Below, in pieces: positions 34,185 through 44,387 of a DNA stretch of 64,000 nt; positions within the stretch are counted from its first letter, which is position 1; every line of letters starts with the position of its first letter. The DNA comes from an uncultured delta proteobacterium. GTDB lineage: Bacteria > Desulfobacterota > Syntrophobacteria > Syntrophobacterales > Syntrophobacteraceae. Made by a program: the position numbers and the translations under genes. The notes below the pieces were generated by a model, which was given only the letters and a program-made list of their open reading frames with translations, ran no database searches and had not been told where the DNA came from. The stretch lies in assembly GCA_963808625.1 (NCBI GenBank), contig CAWEHK010000033.1:32001-96000 (forward strand). The letters are read 5' to 3'.

Positions 34185-35612
34185 ATGGGAATGAGTGACA
34201 TTCGTAAAGGCATGGACGTTGATTTGGAGGTTGAAAAGCTCGCATTCGGAGGAAAGGCCCTGACGCGGCTGGATGGTCTGGTTGTTTTCATGGACCACGC
34301 GCTTCCAGGCCAACGCGTACGGGTCAGAATCACTAAAAAGAAGCGACAGTTTGCCGAAGGTTTTGTGCAGGAATGCCTTTCCCAGTCTCCTCATTATGTG
34401 GAACCTGTTTGCCCTCATTTTGGAGTGTGCGGAGGATGCAGTTGGCAGGATCTGCAGTATGAGGAGCAACTATTCTGGAAGCGACTGCACGTGCTCGAAT
34501 CCCTCCACCATCTTGCCGGTATCGACGAAGCAACCGTGCATCCCACTGTCGCTTCGCCCGGTACTCTTTGGTATCGGAACAAGATGGAGTTTAGCTTTTC
34601 CAATCGGTGTTGGGTCCAACGGTGGGATCCTGTTTCCGACAGGAATTCACGATCAGACCAATTGGCTCTGGGGCTCCACGTCCGAAAGTCCTTTGATGCG
34701 GTGCTGGATATCGAAAAGTGCATGTTACCGTCGCCACTGGCTGTGGAGATACTAAAAGAGGCACGGTGGTGGTCCCGGGAAAGTCGATTGCCCGCCTACA
34801 GCACGAGGAATCATCAAGGGTTCTGGCGCTTTTTGGTTATTCGTGAGGGAAAACTCACCAATCAGCTTCTGGTCCACCTTCTGACTTCGAGTCAGGGGGA
34901 CAATGGTGCGGTGGCTGAGCGTCTGGCGGGTCACCTCCTCACTCGTTTTCCGGAGATCACCAGCTTCGTCCATTCCCTAACCGACAGAAAGGCCCAGGTC
35001 GCTTCCGGTGACTTCAGCCGGTGTTTGAGCGGCCCCGGCTTTATTGAAGATCGACTCGGGGATTTGAAATTCAGGATTTCCCCTCATTCGTTCTTTCAGA
35101 CCAATACCCTCGCCGCCGAACAGCTTTACCGTGCCATCCTGGAACTCGGGGAATTCACCGGGAAAGAAACCGTTTGGGATCTCTATTGCGGCACGGGAAG
35201 CATTGCCCTCTTTATTGCCGCTCATGTACGGCAAGTGGTGGGGTTTGAAGTGAGCGAGCAAGCGGTAAAAGATGCTTACGACAACTGCATTTTGAATGGC
35301 GTTGAGAATTGCTCATTTGTGTCGGGAGATCTCAAGGATGTTATACGGGAAGGCCGCGGCTGCGGTGAATCAGGTCGCTCTCCGGACGTGGTGATAACGG
35401 ACCCTCCGCGCTCCGGAATGCATCCTCGAGTACTGCAGGCTCTTCTTGAGATGGCTCCCTCCTGCATCGTTATGGTTTCGTGCAATCCCGCTACTCTGGC
35501 GAGGGACCTGGTAGTGCTGCTGGAAAAATATCAGATCGAATCGGTGCAACCTTTTGACCTTTTTCCACACACTCCCCACATTGAATGTCTGGTAAAGCTG
35601 AATAGACGGTGA
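34185..35612 (+). CDS. rlmD: 23S rRNA (uracil-5)-methyltransferase
   Basis: TRAM domain, CPHFGVCGGC, SFFQTN, DLYCGTG, DPPRSG, VSCNPATLARD, DLFPHTPHIE. Confidence 0.94.
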   Translation: MGMSDIRKGMDVDLEVEKLAFGGKALTRLDGLVVFMDHALPGQRVRVRITKKKRQFAEGFVQECLSQSPHYVEPVCPHFGVCGGCSWQDLQYEEQLFWKRLHVLESLHHLAGIDEATVHPTVASPGTLWYRNKMEFSFSNRCWVQRWDPVSDRNSRSDQLALGLHVRKSFDAVLDIEKCMLPSPLAVEILKEARWWSRESRLPAYSTRNHQGFWRFLVIREGKLTNQLLVHLLTSSQGDNGAVAERLAGHLLTRFPEITSFVHSLTDRKAQVASGDFSRCLSGPGFIEDRLGDLKFRISPHSFFQTNTLAAEQLYRAILELGEFTGKETVWDLYCGTGSIALFIAAHVRQVVGFEVSEQAVKDAYDNCILNGVENCSFVSGDLKDVIREGRGCGESGRSPDVVITDPPRSGMHPRVLQALLEMAPSCIVMVSCNPATLARDLVVLLEKYQIESVQPFDLFPHTPHIECLVKLNRR

Positions 35613-35701
35613 TTGCCATAAAGCAATGCGACCCATACGTTATCGAACCCATGAGCAAGCCTTTCGGGAACGTTCAGGGTTCCCCTAATTAGGTTCAACC
35701 C

Positions 35702-37957
35702 ATGTTGCAGAACAAAGATAATCCGCGGCGGTTCTTCCTGAGGAGAATTCCGTTACTCGTCGTGCTCCTTATTCTGCTCTTGCTCGCCGGCTATTTCTTC
35801 TACCTGTATATCGAAGTGAAACAGCGATTTGAATCCCGTCGATGGAGCATTCCTTCCAGAGTTTTTTCCGCAGCCATACCGATCTACCCGGGACAGTCGC
35901 TTTCCATTTCTGAAATGAAGAAGATTCTGCAGGAACGGCGCTATAAAGAAGCCATCAAAGAACCGCTGCAAGCCGGAGAATATAAGTTGGGGCGTGACTG
36001 CATCACTGCCTATCTGCGGGAATTCCGTTTCCCGGGTCATGTTCTCCCCGCGCAGCGGGTTGAATTTACGTTTCAGCAAAGCAGTCTCGTGAAGATGATA
36101 AGCGGCCAGGTCGAGCTGCCCTTCCTGGAATTGGAGCCGCTTGAAATCGTCCGTCTGTTTGGACCCGAGCGGAAGAGTCGGCTGCTCATCAACATCAAGC
36201 AGGTTCCCGCCTATCTCATGGATGGGGTGCTGGCCATTGAGGATCATCGTTTCTACGAGCATCGCGGGGTCGATTGGTGGGGAACCCTGCGTGCTTTGTA
36301 CACGGATATTGTCGCGCGGCGGGTTGTCCAGGGAGGTTCTACCATCACCCAGCAACTTGTGAAGAATTACTTTTTGGAACCGGAACGGACTCTCAAACGA
36401 AAGATCCAGGAGGCTTCCATGGCAGTGGTTCTGGAAGCTCTTTATGACAAGGATGCTATCCTTGAGATGTATATGAACGAAATCTACATGGGTCAAAGAG
36501 GCAGTGTCGCTATTCACGGAATGGGTGAAGCGGCCATCAATTATTTCGGCAGAAACGTTGAAGACCTGACTCTGGCCGAATGTGCCACCCTTGCAGGAAT
36601 GATTCGTGCTCCTAACAGCTACTCGCCCGTGGCAAATCCGGAAGCATCGAGGGAGCGCCGCAATGTCGTTCTGAGGCGGATGCTTGATCTGGGAATGGTT
36701 TCCGCCATAGAGTACGAAAAGGCTCGCGGAGAACCCCGGATCGTGTCTGCCACGAAAAATCCGAGAGACGTCGCCCCCTACTATGTGGACTATGTGCGGC
36801 AGCAACTCCGTGTTCTTTATGATGAGAAAATTCTGGGGTCCGAGGGGTTGAGCATCCACACGGTACTCCATCCGGAAATGGCCGTGGCTGCAGATATCGC
36901 CTTGAGAGAAGAACTTCCCCTATTGGAGAAGGAATTATCCGAAAGTGCGGACACATCTTCTATCTCCGGGCCGCTTCAGGGGGTTATCATCGCGGTGCAA
37001 CCGAAAACCGGGGACGTGCTTGCTTTGATTGGAGGCAGAGACTATGCGGCAAGCAACTTTAATCGAGCCCTCTCTGCCCATAGGCAACCAGGCTCTGCCA
37101 TTCTGCCATTTGTTTATTTGACCGCTCTGGATCGTTTCACACCCGCCAGCTGGATCAAAGATGAGCCGGTGACCTACACGGCTAATGGAATCAGATGGTC
37201 TGCAACGAATTACGATGATCGGTATCGCGGCCCGGTTCTGTTTCGGGATGCCCTGGAACAGTCCCTGAATGCAGCCACGGTCAACCTCGCTGTGGCCGTG
37301 GGATTGGAGAAGATTATCACGATGATTCATAACCTGGGCATAGAATCGCCGATCCAACCGGTCCCCTCGTTGGCTCTGGGAGACTTCGAGGTAACGCCCC
37401 TTGAATTGGCGAAAGCATACGCTGCCTTGGACAATGACGGGCAGAAACCATTCCTTCTCAGTGTTAAGGAAGTGGTCACCGAGATGGGTGAGATCCAGGA
37501 AAGGCGCAGCGTTGAGATAGTTCCTGTTACGACTCCTGCTAGGGCCTTCCTCATCACTGACATCTTGGCGGGCGCCGCGCAAAGCAGAAACCTGGGAATT
37601 ATCAGGGGACTTGGAATCGATGTCCCATGCGCAGTCAAGAATGGGGTTTCCTCCGATTATCGAGATTCGTGGTTTGTCGGCTATACTACCGACCTCCTGG
37701 TAGTCGTATGGGTGGGATACGACGACGGGCGCCCTGTGCGCCTGAGTCTCTCTCAGGGAGCTGCGCGCATATGGGCAAGGTTTATTCACGAGGTCCGACC
37801 ATGGATTCATCCGCAGGAATTCCGGCCTCCCCCGGGAATCGCACAACGGCTGATCTGCTTGGAGTCGGGGAGGCTCGCAGCCACTCGCTGCCGGGAACAG
37901 CGCCTGGAGGTATTCCTCTCTGATGACGTTCCAAAGGAATATTGTACCCTCCACTGA
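35702..37957 (+). CDS. mrcB: class A penicillin-binding protein 1B-like (UB2H, transglycosylase, degenerate transpeptidase)
   Basis: EDHRF, GGSTITQQL, RKIQE, UB2H-like segment; TP motifs read SAIL / SLN / KNG. Confidence 0.88.
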   Translation: MLQNKDNPRRFFLRRIPLLVVLLILLLLAGYFFYLYIEVKQRFESRRWSIPSRVFSAAIPIYPGQSLSISEMKKILQERRYKEAIKEPLQAGEYKLGRDCITAYLREFRFPGHVLPAQRVEFTFQQSSLVKMISGQVELPFLELEPLEIVRLFGPERKSRLLINIKQVPAYLMDGVLAIEDHRFYEHRGVDWWGTLRALYTDIVARRVVQGGSTITQQLVKNYFLEPERTLKRKIQEASMAVVLEALYDKDAILEMYMNEIYMGQRGSVAIHGMGEAAINYFGRNVEDLTLAECATLAGMIRAPNSYSPVANPEASRERRNVVLRRMLDLGMVSAIEYEKARGEPRIVSATKNPRDVAPYYVDYVRQQLRVLYDEKILGSEGLSIHTVLHPEMAVAADIALREELPLLEKELSESADTSSISGPLQGVIIAVQPKTGDVLALIGGRDYAASNFNRALSAHRQPGSAILPFVYLTALDRFTPASWIKDEPVTYTANGIRWSATNYDDRYRGPVLFRDALEQSLNAATVNLAVAVGLEKIITMIHNLGIESPIQPVPSLALGDFEVTPLELAKAYAALDNDGQKPFLLSVKEVVTEMGEIQERRSVEIVPVTTPARAFLITDILAGAAQSRNLGIIRGLGIDVPCAVKNGVSSDYRDSWFVGYTTDLLVVVWVGYDDGRPVRLSLSQGAARIWARFIHEVRPWIHPQEFRPPPGIAQRLICLESGRLAATRCREQRLEVFLSDDVPKEYCTLH

Positions 37958-38105
37958 CGAGAGAATTCGCATCGGGTTCTTTTTGCAGATCCGTTCACAT
38001 ATCAGGCTTTTCATGCTATGAGTCTGACCCGGTCCGTTTGTTCTTCAGACTCAGCCAGATGATAGTATCGACAAACCATCGCCAAAATAGAGGAGGGTTC
38101 TTGAT

Positions 38106-38711
38106 ATGGTGATTTACCTGTGCAAAAGGAAGGTGTCGAGGCTGGCGCTGATTCTTTGCTTGCTGCTGGTTTCAGCCTGCGCTCCCAAAAAACCGGTCTA
38201 TATCCCCTCTGAATGGCAACCGCCTCCTCCCGTCCAGCCGTCGTCGCCCCTTCCGCCATCGCCGGCGCCGGCGCCCAAACAGACGCCCATTCTTAAACCT
38301 CCCCCGGTCATCAAAGAGAGCGATATTGCGGCGCCTGCAGAGGCGCCGGTAAAAGCGGTGGAAAAGAGCCCGGCCCAACCCCCCCCTCAGCGTCTTGCCT
38401 CAATGCATCTCGTGAATCAGGCAAAGACTTCTTTGACCCAGGGTAAACCCGACCCCGCCATTCCTTTGCTTGAAAAGGCCATCCAGATCGATGTTCACAA
38501 CGGTGAAGCCTTTTTCAACCTGGCGCGGGCATGGCGTATGAAAGGGTCTCGCCAGAAGGCGCTCGAATTCAGCAAAAAAGCGGAGATACTTTTTCAGGAC
38601 GATCCGGCAAAACTGAAGCAGGTATACTTGCTTGAAGCCGACCTTTACAAGGAATTGGGTGACTCTGCCAAAACGGACGCATACCGTCAAAAGGCAGCAA
38701 AACTCAAATGA
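38106..38711 (+). CDS. TPR lipoprotein with Pro-rich linker, LpoP-like
   Basis: Lipobox LVSAC, Pro-rich stretch, TPRs (LEKAIQID..NGEAFFNLA); follows PBP1b. Confidence 0.75.
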   Translation: MVIYLCKRKVSRLALILCLLLVSACAPKKPVYIPSEWQPPPPVQPSSPLPPSPAPAPKQTPILKPPPVIKESDIAAPAEAPVKAVEKSPAQPPPQRLASMHLVNQAKTSLTQGKPDPAIPLLEKAIQIDVHNGEAFFNLARAWRMKGSRQKALEFSKKAEILFQDDPAKLKQVYLLEADLYKELGDSAKTDAYRQKAAKLK

Positions 38712-38761
38712 GAAAGAGAAGGGTGAGGGTCTCATTGACTACACTAAGAAAAGGCTAGGGG

Positions 38762-39334
38762 ATGGACGGTGCGGATGAAAGGCAAAAAGATCCTTCCGTG
38801 AGGGTTCGCGGCTATCGGCCGTTCTTACTGAAGGAACAGGAGGAGAAGCTCCTGCATGATATTCGCGCTGTTGCCAAGTCGGTTCTCCTCGGAACCTTTC
38901 TTACGGCACTCTGTCAGGGCCTTGTAGGCGGCATCGGCTTGTCGCTTGTGGGTATTCCCGGCCTCTTCTGGGGAACGGTAATGGGCTTTTCCTCCCTCAT
39001 CCCCATTGTGGGCACTGCGCTGGTCTGGATACCCGCTACCGTCTACCTGCTTCTGTTGGGAAATTGGAAATCTGCCCTATTTTTGGCGCTCTGGTCCATT
39101 TTTCTTTCCGGATCCATCGACAATATCCTGCGCCCGTTTCTCATGCGAGGAGAAGGGAGGATGTCCCCTTTCTATGTTTTCCTGGCCATTATCGGTGGGG
39201 TCCAGTACTTTGGGCTCTCGGGAATCCTCTATGGACCGTTGATTTTGAGCTTCGCCATGATCATGCTTTACCTTTACGGTGTCGAATACCGGGGTGACCT
39301 GCTTTCGGAAACCAAGAACATCGATGCGGTTTGA
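38762..39334 (+). CDS. AI-2E family transporter, C-terminal half only
   Basis: IPIVGTALVWIP, SIDNILRP, GGVQYFG..GILYGP; N-terminal half absent. Confidence 0.75.
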   Translation: MDGADERQKDPSVRVRGYRPFLLKEQEEKLLHDIRAVAKSVLLGTFLTALCQGLVGGIGLSLVGIPGLFWGTVMGFSSLIPIVGTALVWIPATVYLLLLGNWKSALFLALWSIFLSGSIDNILRPFLMRGEGRMSPFYVFLAIIGGVQYFGLSGILYGPLILSFAMIMLYLYGVEYRGDLLSETKNIDAV

Positions 39335-39347
39335 CATCCTTTAGCGC

Positions 39348-39869
39348 TCACACCTGCCACCAAGGTTTTCTTGGCTTTGTCTTGGTCGGTTCCCGCTCGT
39401 CCGCTGACCTCTGAAGCCGTTCAGCTTCTGTCTGTTGCGCCTTATCCTTCCTCATCTCGAGAGCCACTACTCTCTCCGTCAGTTGCTCAATATGGTCTTC
39501 CAGCCGTCGGATAGACTCCTCTCTAGCAAGCATGATTCCTTTGAACTCAAGAAAAAATTGGTTCTGCTTGCGAAGTTCACCCAACTCCAGGAGCATCTGT
39601 TCATAACGTTCCCTGCTCAGGGTCACTATGCCTCCAACCTGTCCCATCTCAGCCGCTTTCCCAAGTGTCCCAAAGAGACGTCCCTGTCCGAAAAGAGGGT
39701 CACTTCCCAGGGACTTGACTTCAGGAAGCAAAAGAAGTGTCCTTGTCCCTTCCTTGACTTTTGTCAAGCGACCTTTTGTGAGGTATCGATGGATGGACTT
39801 GGTAGAAACTCCCAGGATCTGGGCCGCGGTTTTGACGGTGATCTTTTGGTCTGTCATCTGTCCCTTCAT
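39348..39869 (-). CDS. HTH (MerR/excisionase-like) and coiled-coil protein
   Basis: ITVKTAAQILGVSTKSIHRYLTKGRL, coiled coil, terminal KPWWQV; GGAGGG RBS. Confidence 0.8.
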   Translation of the reverse strand: MKGQMTDQKITVKTAAQILGVSTKSIHRYLTKGRLTKVKEGTRTLLLLPEVKSLGSDPLFGQGRLFGTLGKAAEMGQVGGIVTLSRERYEQMLLELGELRKQNQFFLEFKGIMLAREESIRRLEDHIEQLTERVVALEMRKDKAQQTEAERLQRSADEREPTKTKPRKPWWQV

Positions 39870-40030
39870 GATCAATCCCTCCTGCATGAGACATCTTATC
39901 ATAGACTTTTCCGAGTGTAAAAAACACAAAAAGGATTTAGAATCGTATCGAGAGTGCCCGAAAGCGCTCAAGTGAGCGCTAATATTGACCTGAGACCCAC
40001 TCGAGGCATGATGAGACGAGACGAACAACC

Positions 40031-41215
40031 GTGTATTTGACATCTTTCATCCACCGCGACGAACTATTCGATATTGCCGAGCGCTGGTTCTGCGGCCATT
40101 TAAGCCCCAACGACGGGCTGCGCCTGACACAAATCCTGATCAGTGACGGCTTTGTTTTAGGGCAAACCCTGGAGAATCTGGCGAAGAGCCTCATGAAGAG
40201 GGTCTATCCCGGGCTCATCAACGAAAAGCGCATCCACTTCAAAGGAGAGCTACGGGAAGCCATATGCCGCGGTGCCGGGGAGGTTACTGATCGAGAGCGT
40301 GAGCTTTTTTCCTTGTACCGGATGAACCCCGATTTTTATTATCGCGAAACGCCCATCGATGGGGTGATGTGCCTCGATGCTGAAGATCGGCTCACAGGCC
40401 TGTACCGCATAAAGAGGCCGCGGAGGATTGCTGAGAAGGCCAATCGCAAGATTGCCAACTGGATCTTCAGCGTGGTTCAGAGCAGGGCTCAGGAAATGGC
40501 AGCGGAACGAGCCAGGAAGTACGGTATTACTCTCGAATTGCTTCTCACCCCCGAATCGGAAATGGCTTGTGAGTTTGTCGAGGCAGAGAAGGCTATTTCG
40601 CAGGGGTTCGGCGCGGGAAGTGTCAAATTCGACCGCGAGGCTTTAACCATCCACGACGTTGGAGGAATCAAAATCGTTGCCAACGACGAGCAGTTGGTGG
40701 AAATCGAGGATGCCCTCCACCTTGATCCCAACATCCGTGTTGTGCAGGAAGAGAGTTTCTCAGGGTCCTTTCGCGCCAGAAGCCTTGTCCTGGAGTGTTC
40801 TTGGGACGCGGAACAAGCTTTTCGGAGGTACAGGGAATGCCGATGCTGGCAGAAGTATCTGAATCGGGGAATCTCTCAAAGGGATTTGATGAAAGGGTTG
40901 GAATGGCTGCTTCACGATCCCGGGACGACGATAAACGTGGAGTTGATCCTTTCGAACTTTCCGGATCTGGTTGAATCCGAACTTGGGAACAGCATTCATG
41001 AAGAGAGGATAATCGCTCAGAGGGACAGCAAGGTCTATCAGGGCTACATTCCGATGAATGTTGAATTCTTGATCGAGTATCTTTTCGCGGTTGGATTCAG
41101 CCCGCAGACGCACATCGACCATATCCCCATCAAGTTGTGGGGAAGATACCTGCCCGACACCTTGATTTCCTATATGCGCCAGTTGTACCTTTTACCGGTA
41201 CAGGATCTCTTCTAA
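40031..41215 (+). CDS. hypothetical protein with RelA/SpoT synthetase-like motif series
   Basis: 394-aa ORF; RIKRPRRIAEK, HDVGGIKIV, ELILSN..ESELGNSIH. Confidence 0.7.
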   Translation: MYLTSFIHRDELFDIAERWFCGHLSPNDGLRLTQILISDGFVLGQTLENLAKSLMKRVYPGLINEKRIHFKGELREAICRGAGEVTDRERELFSLYRMNPDFYYRETPIDGVMCLDAEDRLTGLYRIKRPRRIAEKANRKIANWIFSVVQSRAQEMAAERARKYGITLELLLTPESEMACEFVEAEKAISQGFGAGSVKFDREALTIHDVGGIKIVANDEQLVEIEDALHLDPNIRVVQEESFSGSFRARSLVLECSWDAEQAFRRYRECRCWQKYLNRGISQRDLMKGLEWLLHDPGTTINVELILSNFPDLVESELGNSIHEERIIAQRDSKVYQGYIPMNVEFLIEYLFAVGFSPQTHIDHIPIKLWGRYLPDTLISYMRQLYLLPVQDLF

Positions 41216-41387
41216 TGAAATTCCGGCACCTTTCGAGATTTTACCCGGACCGAGTTTGTGAGGTTCAAACAAAAAGCCATCTTCACTGTTCCGAGAGAGT
41301 TCGCCGGCATTTCCGTGTCATGGCCTTAACCCTGGCGGAGCCAGAGCGCTGAAGTCGGTATCGGTATTATCTTCCTTCTCTGAAGTT

Positions 41388-42383
41388 TCACCAGCGCAGA
41401 AGTGCTGACGCCCAGGTGAAGCCGGAACCGAAGGCTATGAGGAGCAAATGATCGCCTCTTTCCAGTTTTCCGGCCTGATAGGCTTCGTCTAACAGGAGAG
41501 GAATAGATGCTGCGGTCGTATTACCATATTTATGAATGTTATTCAGGAACTTTTCATGTGGAAATCCAAGGCGTTCCGCGACAAGCTGGTTGATTCTTTG
41601 ATTTGCCTGATGGGGGATAACGTATTTGATATCTTCCGGTTGCATGCTGCATTGTTTAAGCGCATGGGTGACCAGTTCGGCCATACGGATCACTGCGTGT
41701 TTGAAAACGGTTTTCCCGTCCATTTGAGGCCAAATCTCTCCGGTGTCGATGCTCTCATGCGTGAGATAGGGTTTTCGGGAAATATTCCAGACGTCCATAT
41801 GGAGCGCCTTGGCAAACCTGCCATCGGCATGAAGTTCCGTGTAGAGGATGCCGCGATCTTCCTCCGAGGAGGAAGCGAGCACCACGGCTCCGGCTCCGTC
41901 ACCAAAAAGCACGCTGACATCTCGGCCCTCATCGGAGAAATTCAGGGCGTTCGAATGAAGTTCGGAGCCGACCACCAGCACATGGCGGTACATGCCAATG
42001 CGAATGAAAGCATCCCCCACCGCCAGACCATAGATAAAGCCCGTGCACTGGTTGCGCAGATCGAGGCAGCCAATATAGGGAACGCCGAGCTTGGCCTGAA
42101 GAAAGCATGCGGTGCCGGGGAAATGGTGATCCGGGCTCACGGTGGCAAAGATAATAAAGTCTAGATCCGAGGGTTCAAGATGGGCATCCGCCAGGGCATT
42201 GTTGGCCGCTTCGAGAGCAAGGTCCGAACAGTACACTCCCTCTCCTGCAAAACGCCTTTCCTTGATACCACTCCGGGTGCGAATCCACTCATCACTCGTC
42301 GTCATCAGTCGGGAGAGATCGTCGTTGGTTACCACCCGGGGTGGCACATAGCTTCCAATTCCTGCAATCACGCTGCGCCTCAT
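41388..42383 (-). CDS. fabH: 3-oxoacyl-ACP synthase III
   Basis: TSDEWI.TRSGIKERR, NQCTGF, FGDGAGA, PHQAN, GNTTAASIP, FGSGFTW. Confidence 0.95.
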   Translation of the reverse strand: MRRSVIAGIGSYVPPRVVTNDDLSRLMTTSDEWIRTRSGIKERRFAGEGVYCSDLALEAANNALADAHLEPSDLDFIIFATVSPDHHFPGTACFLQAKLGVPYIGCLDLRNQCTGFIYGLAVGDAFIRIGMYRHVLVVGSELHSNALNFSDEGRDVSVLFGDGAGAVVLASSSEEDRGILYTELHADGRFAKALHMDVWNISRKPYLTHESIDTGEIWPQMDGKTVFKHAVIRMAELVTHALKQCSMQPEDIKYVIPHQANQRINQLVAERLGFPHEKFLNNIHKYGNTTAASIPLLLDEAYQAGKLERGDHLLLIAFGSGFTWASALLRW

Positions 42384-42832
42384 GTACTTCCTCCTCAAGC
42401 AAATTTGGGGGGCTGCCGAAATCGCTTTCATAGGGGTTGAACCTAACGTACTTCTCTCTATACCGGGCCGGCGTAAAAGTCACTCGTAATCCAATCGCGG
42501 AGTTTTGGGGTTCTTACGAAAAGGTTCCCTGGGCAGGCGTGATAATATTCCTGCATCGATTCTGCGGTGTGCTAAAATAGATAGGATTTTTTCAATTCCC
42601 AAGTTGAGTGATTCCAACGGCAACCCCTCGTCATTCCGTTGAAAGCAGGAATGACGACTCGGGATCGTCACGATATGAATCGCTCAATTCAAGTACCTAC
42701 TCGTTGAGTCCGGTGCGATGGGCTCCGTGTCTGTCTGTGAGAACAAGAAACCACGACGGATTGAGTACGACTCTCTCCATGCAGCCGCATAGAATTGATG
42801 ACGCATAAACAAAAATCCGATGGGAGCGATCC

Positions 42833-43345
42833 TTGGTTATGGCAGACAACTCCGAAAAGAAATTTCTTCCCAAACCTGTAGGAACCCGCTGCTTTGGTTG
42901 CGGCGACCGCAATCCTTTGGGTCTCAACATGTCCTTCTACCGTCTTGGAACGACCTTGCGTTCGGACATTACTCTGAGCGAGCACCACATGGGTTGGGAG
43001 AACCTGGCCCACGGGGGAATAATCTCCACCGTTCTTGATGAAATCATGGGCTGGACGGTCATCGCCTTTAGACGTGTTTTCTTTGTCACCCGTAGCATTG
43101 AAGTCCACTATTTGCGGCCGGTGCCGCTGAATTCACCCCTTACCGCCGTTGGCGAAATTGAAGCCGATCATGCCCCGAAGGGCTGTTCAACCAGAGGTTA
43201 CCTGATCAACGCCGCAGGGGTGAAACTGGCGGAAGGGCGCGCTCAGATGGTTTATTTGTCGGAGAAACGGTTGCCGCTGCTGCCCGAACAGTACCGAAAG
43301 GACATGCTCAAACTCTTTGAGCGGATCCGGGAGTTGCTGGATTGA
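42833..43345 (+). CDS. PaaI-family thioesterase
   Basis: CFGCG..NP.GL, HGGIISTVLDE. Confidence 0.88.
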   Translation: MVMADNSEKKFLPKPVGTRCFGCGDRNPLGLNMSFYRLGTTLRSDITLSEHHMGWENLAHGGIISTVLDEIMGWTVIAFRRVFFVTRSIEVHYLRPVPLNSPLTAVGEIEADHAPKGCSTRGYLINAAGVKLAEGRAQMVYLSEKRLPLLPEQYRKDMLKLFERIRELLD

Positions 43346-43590
43346 TCCCAGAGAGCTTGCCGCGGCCGAGAGCACCCAACGTCCGGAAAAAATGTGCTGC
43401 GAGCGCTGACGATCACTTCGGCGACGTTAAGGACCTGCGACTTCTGCGTGAAGGGGGCATTGCAGTGTTCGTATGGACGGTGAACGAAGAGGCAGCCATG
43501 CGCTTCCTGATCGAACAAAGGGTGAGCGGAATTTTCACGGACTTCCCTCAGCGGTTGAGATCGGTCCTCGACTTCCGGCGCGACTCATGA
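43342..43590 (+). pseudogene. glycerophosphodiester phosphodiesterase C-terminal fragment
   Basis: GIAVFVWTVNE...VSGIFTDFP; catalytic N-terminus missing. Confidence 0.65.
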
Positions 43591-44387
43591 CGGCAACAAT
43601 CCAAATTGCGATGCTCTTCGCTCTGCCCCAGGAATATGGCTGTTTCAAGCGGCTTACGGCACCATGGCTTCGGGCGCGACCTGAACCTTTCCCGAGCTTT
43701 GTTCGCAGTACCCCTCACCAAGAGCTCATCATGGTGGAAAGTGGAATGGGCTCCAACCGGATGATCGAGGCCCTGAAATGGCTTCTTGGGTGGACCCGCC
43801 CCGACCTCGTGATTGTGGGAGGGTTTGCCGGCAGCCTCATGCCGGACTTGAAGGTGGGGGATGTTTGTCTGGGAGGGGTCTTTAGCAGCTTTGACCGGCA
43901 ATGCGGTTCTCTGGGCCAGCCGACGATCCGGTTGAAATTCTCGGAAAGACTCTTTCGTTTCTGTAAAGAGCAACGGATTCGAGAGACCCGGATGGTCACC
44001 GTTGTGCGGCCGGAAGCAAAACGACTGGTCAGACAAACATTGGGAGATGCCGCTTCGATCATGGATATGGAAAGCTATTCCGTGGCCCGGTTCTGCTATG
44101 AGAACCACATCCCGTTCCTCTCTTTTCGGGCGGTCAGTGATGGCTTCCGCGATGAGATCGATTTCGACCTGCAAGCGATCAGCGATGCTCGGGGACGTGT
44201 AAAAATTCCGCTCGTGCTCTCATCAATAGTTGAAAATCCGGCCCTCGTCAGGTCCTACTTGCATTCATGGAAGCGTTCCAGCAGGGCATCAAGGAGTCTG
44301 GGACGGGCTCTTACCGCTCTTCTCGATCTGTCACCGGTGGAGTTGCGATCCTTGGTTGAGGAGAACTGCTTATATGTGTCAGTCTAA
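43587..44387 (+). CDS. nucleoside phosphorylase-family protein (HpnG-like)
   Basis: SGMG, GGFAGSL..DLKVGD, MDMES, FRAVSD; adjacent to hpnH. Confidence 0.8.
   Translation: MTATIQIAMLFALPQEYGCFKRLTAPWLRARPEPFPSFVRSTPHQELIMVESGMGSNRMIEALKWLLGWTRPDLVIVGGFAGSLMPDLKVGDVCLGGVFSSFDRQCGSLGQPTIRLKFSERLFRFCKEQRIRETRMVTVVRPEAKRLVRQTLGDAASIMDMESYSVARFCYENHIPFLSFRAVSDGFRDEIDFDLQAISDARGRVKIPLVLSSIVENPALVRSYLHSWKRSSRASRSLGRALTALLDLSPVELRSLVEENCLYVSV

Noticed and set aside
35689..35701. TTAGGTTCAACCC upstream of mrcB, also inverted upstream of fabH (~42434-42446), loosely DtxR-box-like
   Set aside because: 13-mer matches are expected by chance in 64 kb on two strands, and the site is not a proper palindrome
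36935..38014. Long antisense ORFs over PBP1b (also 35753-36871, 8378-9310, 28715-29638)
   Set aside because: Shadow frames of GC-rich real genes with no motifs
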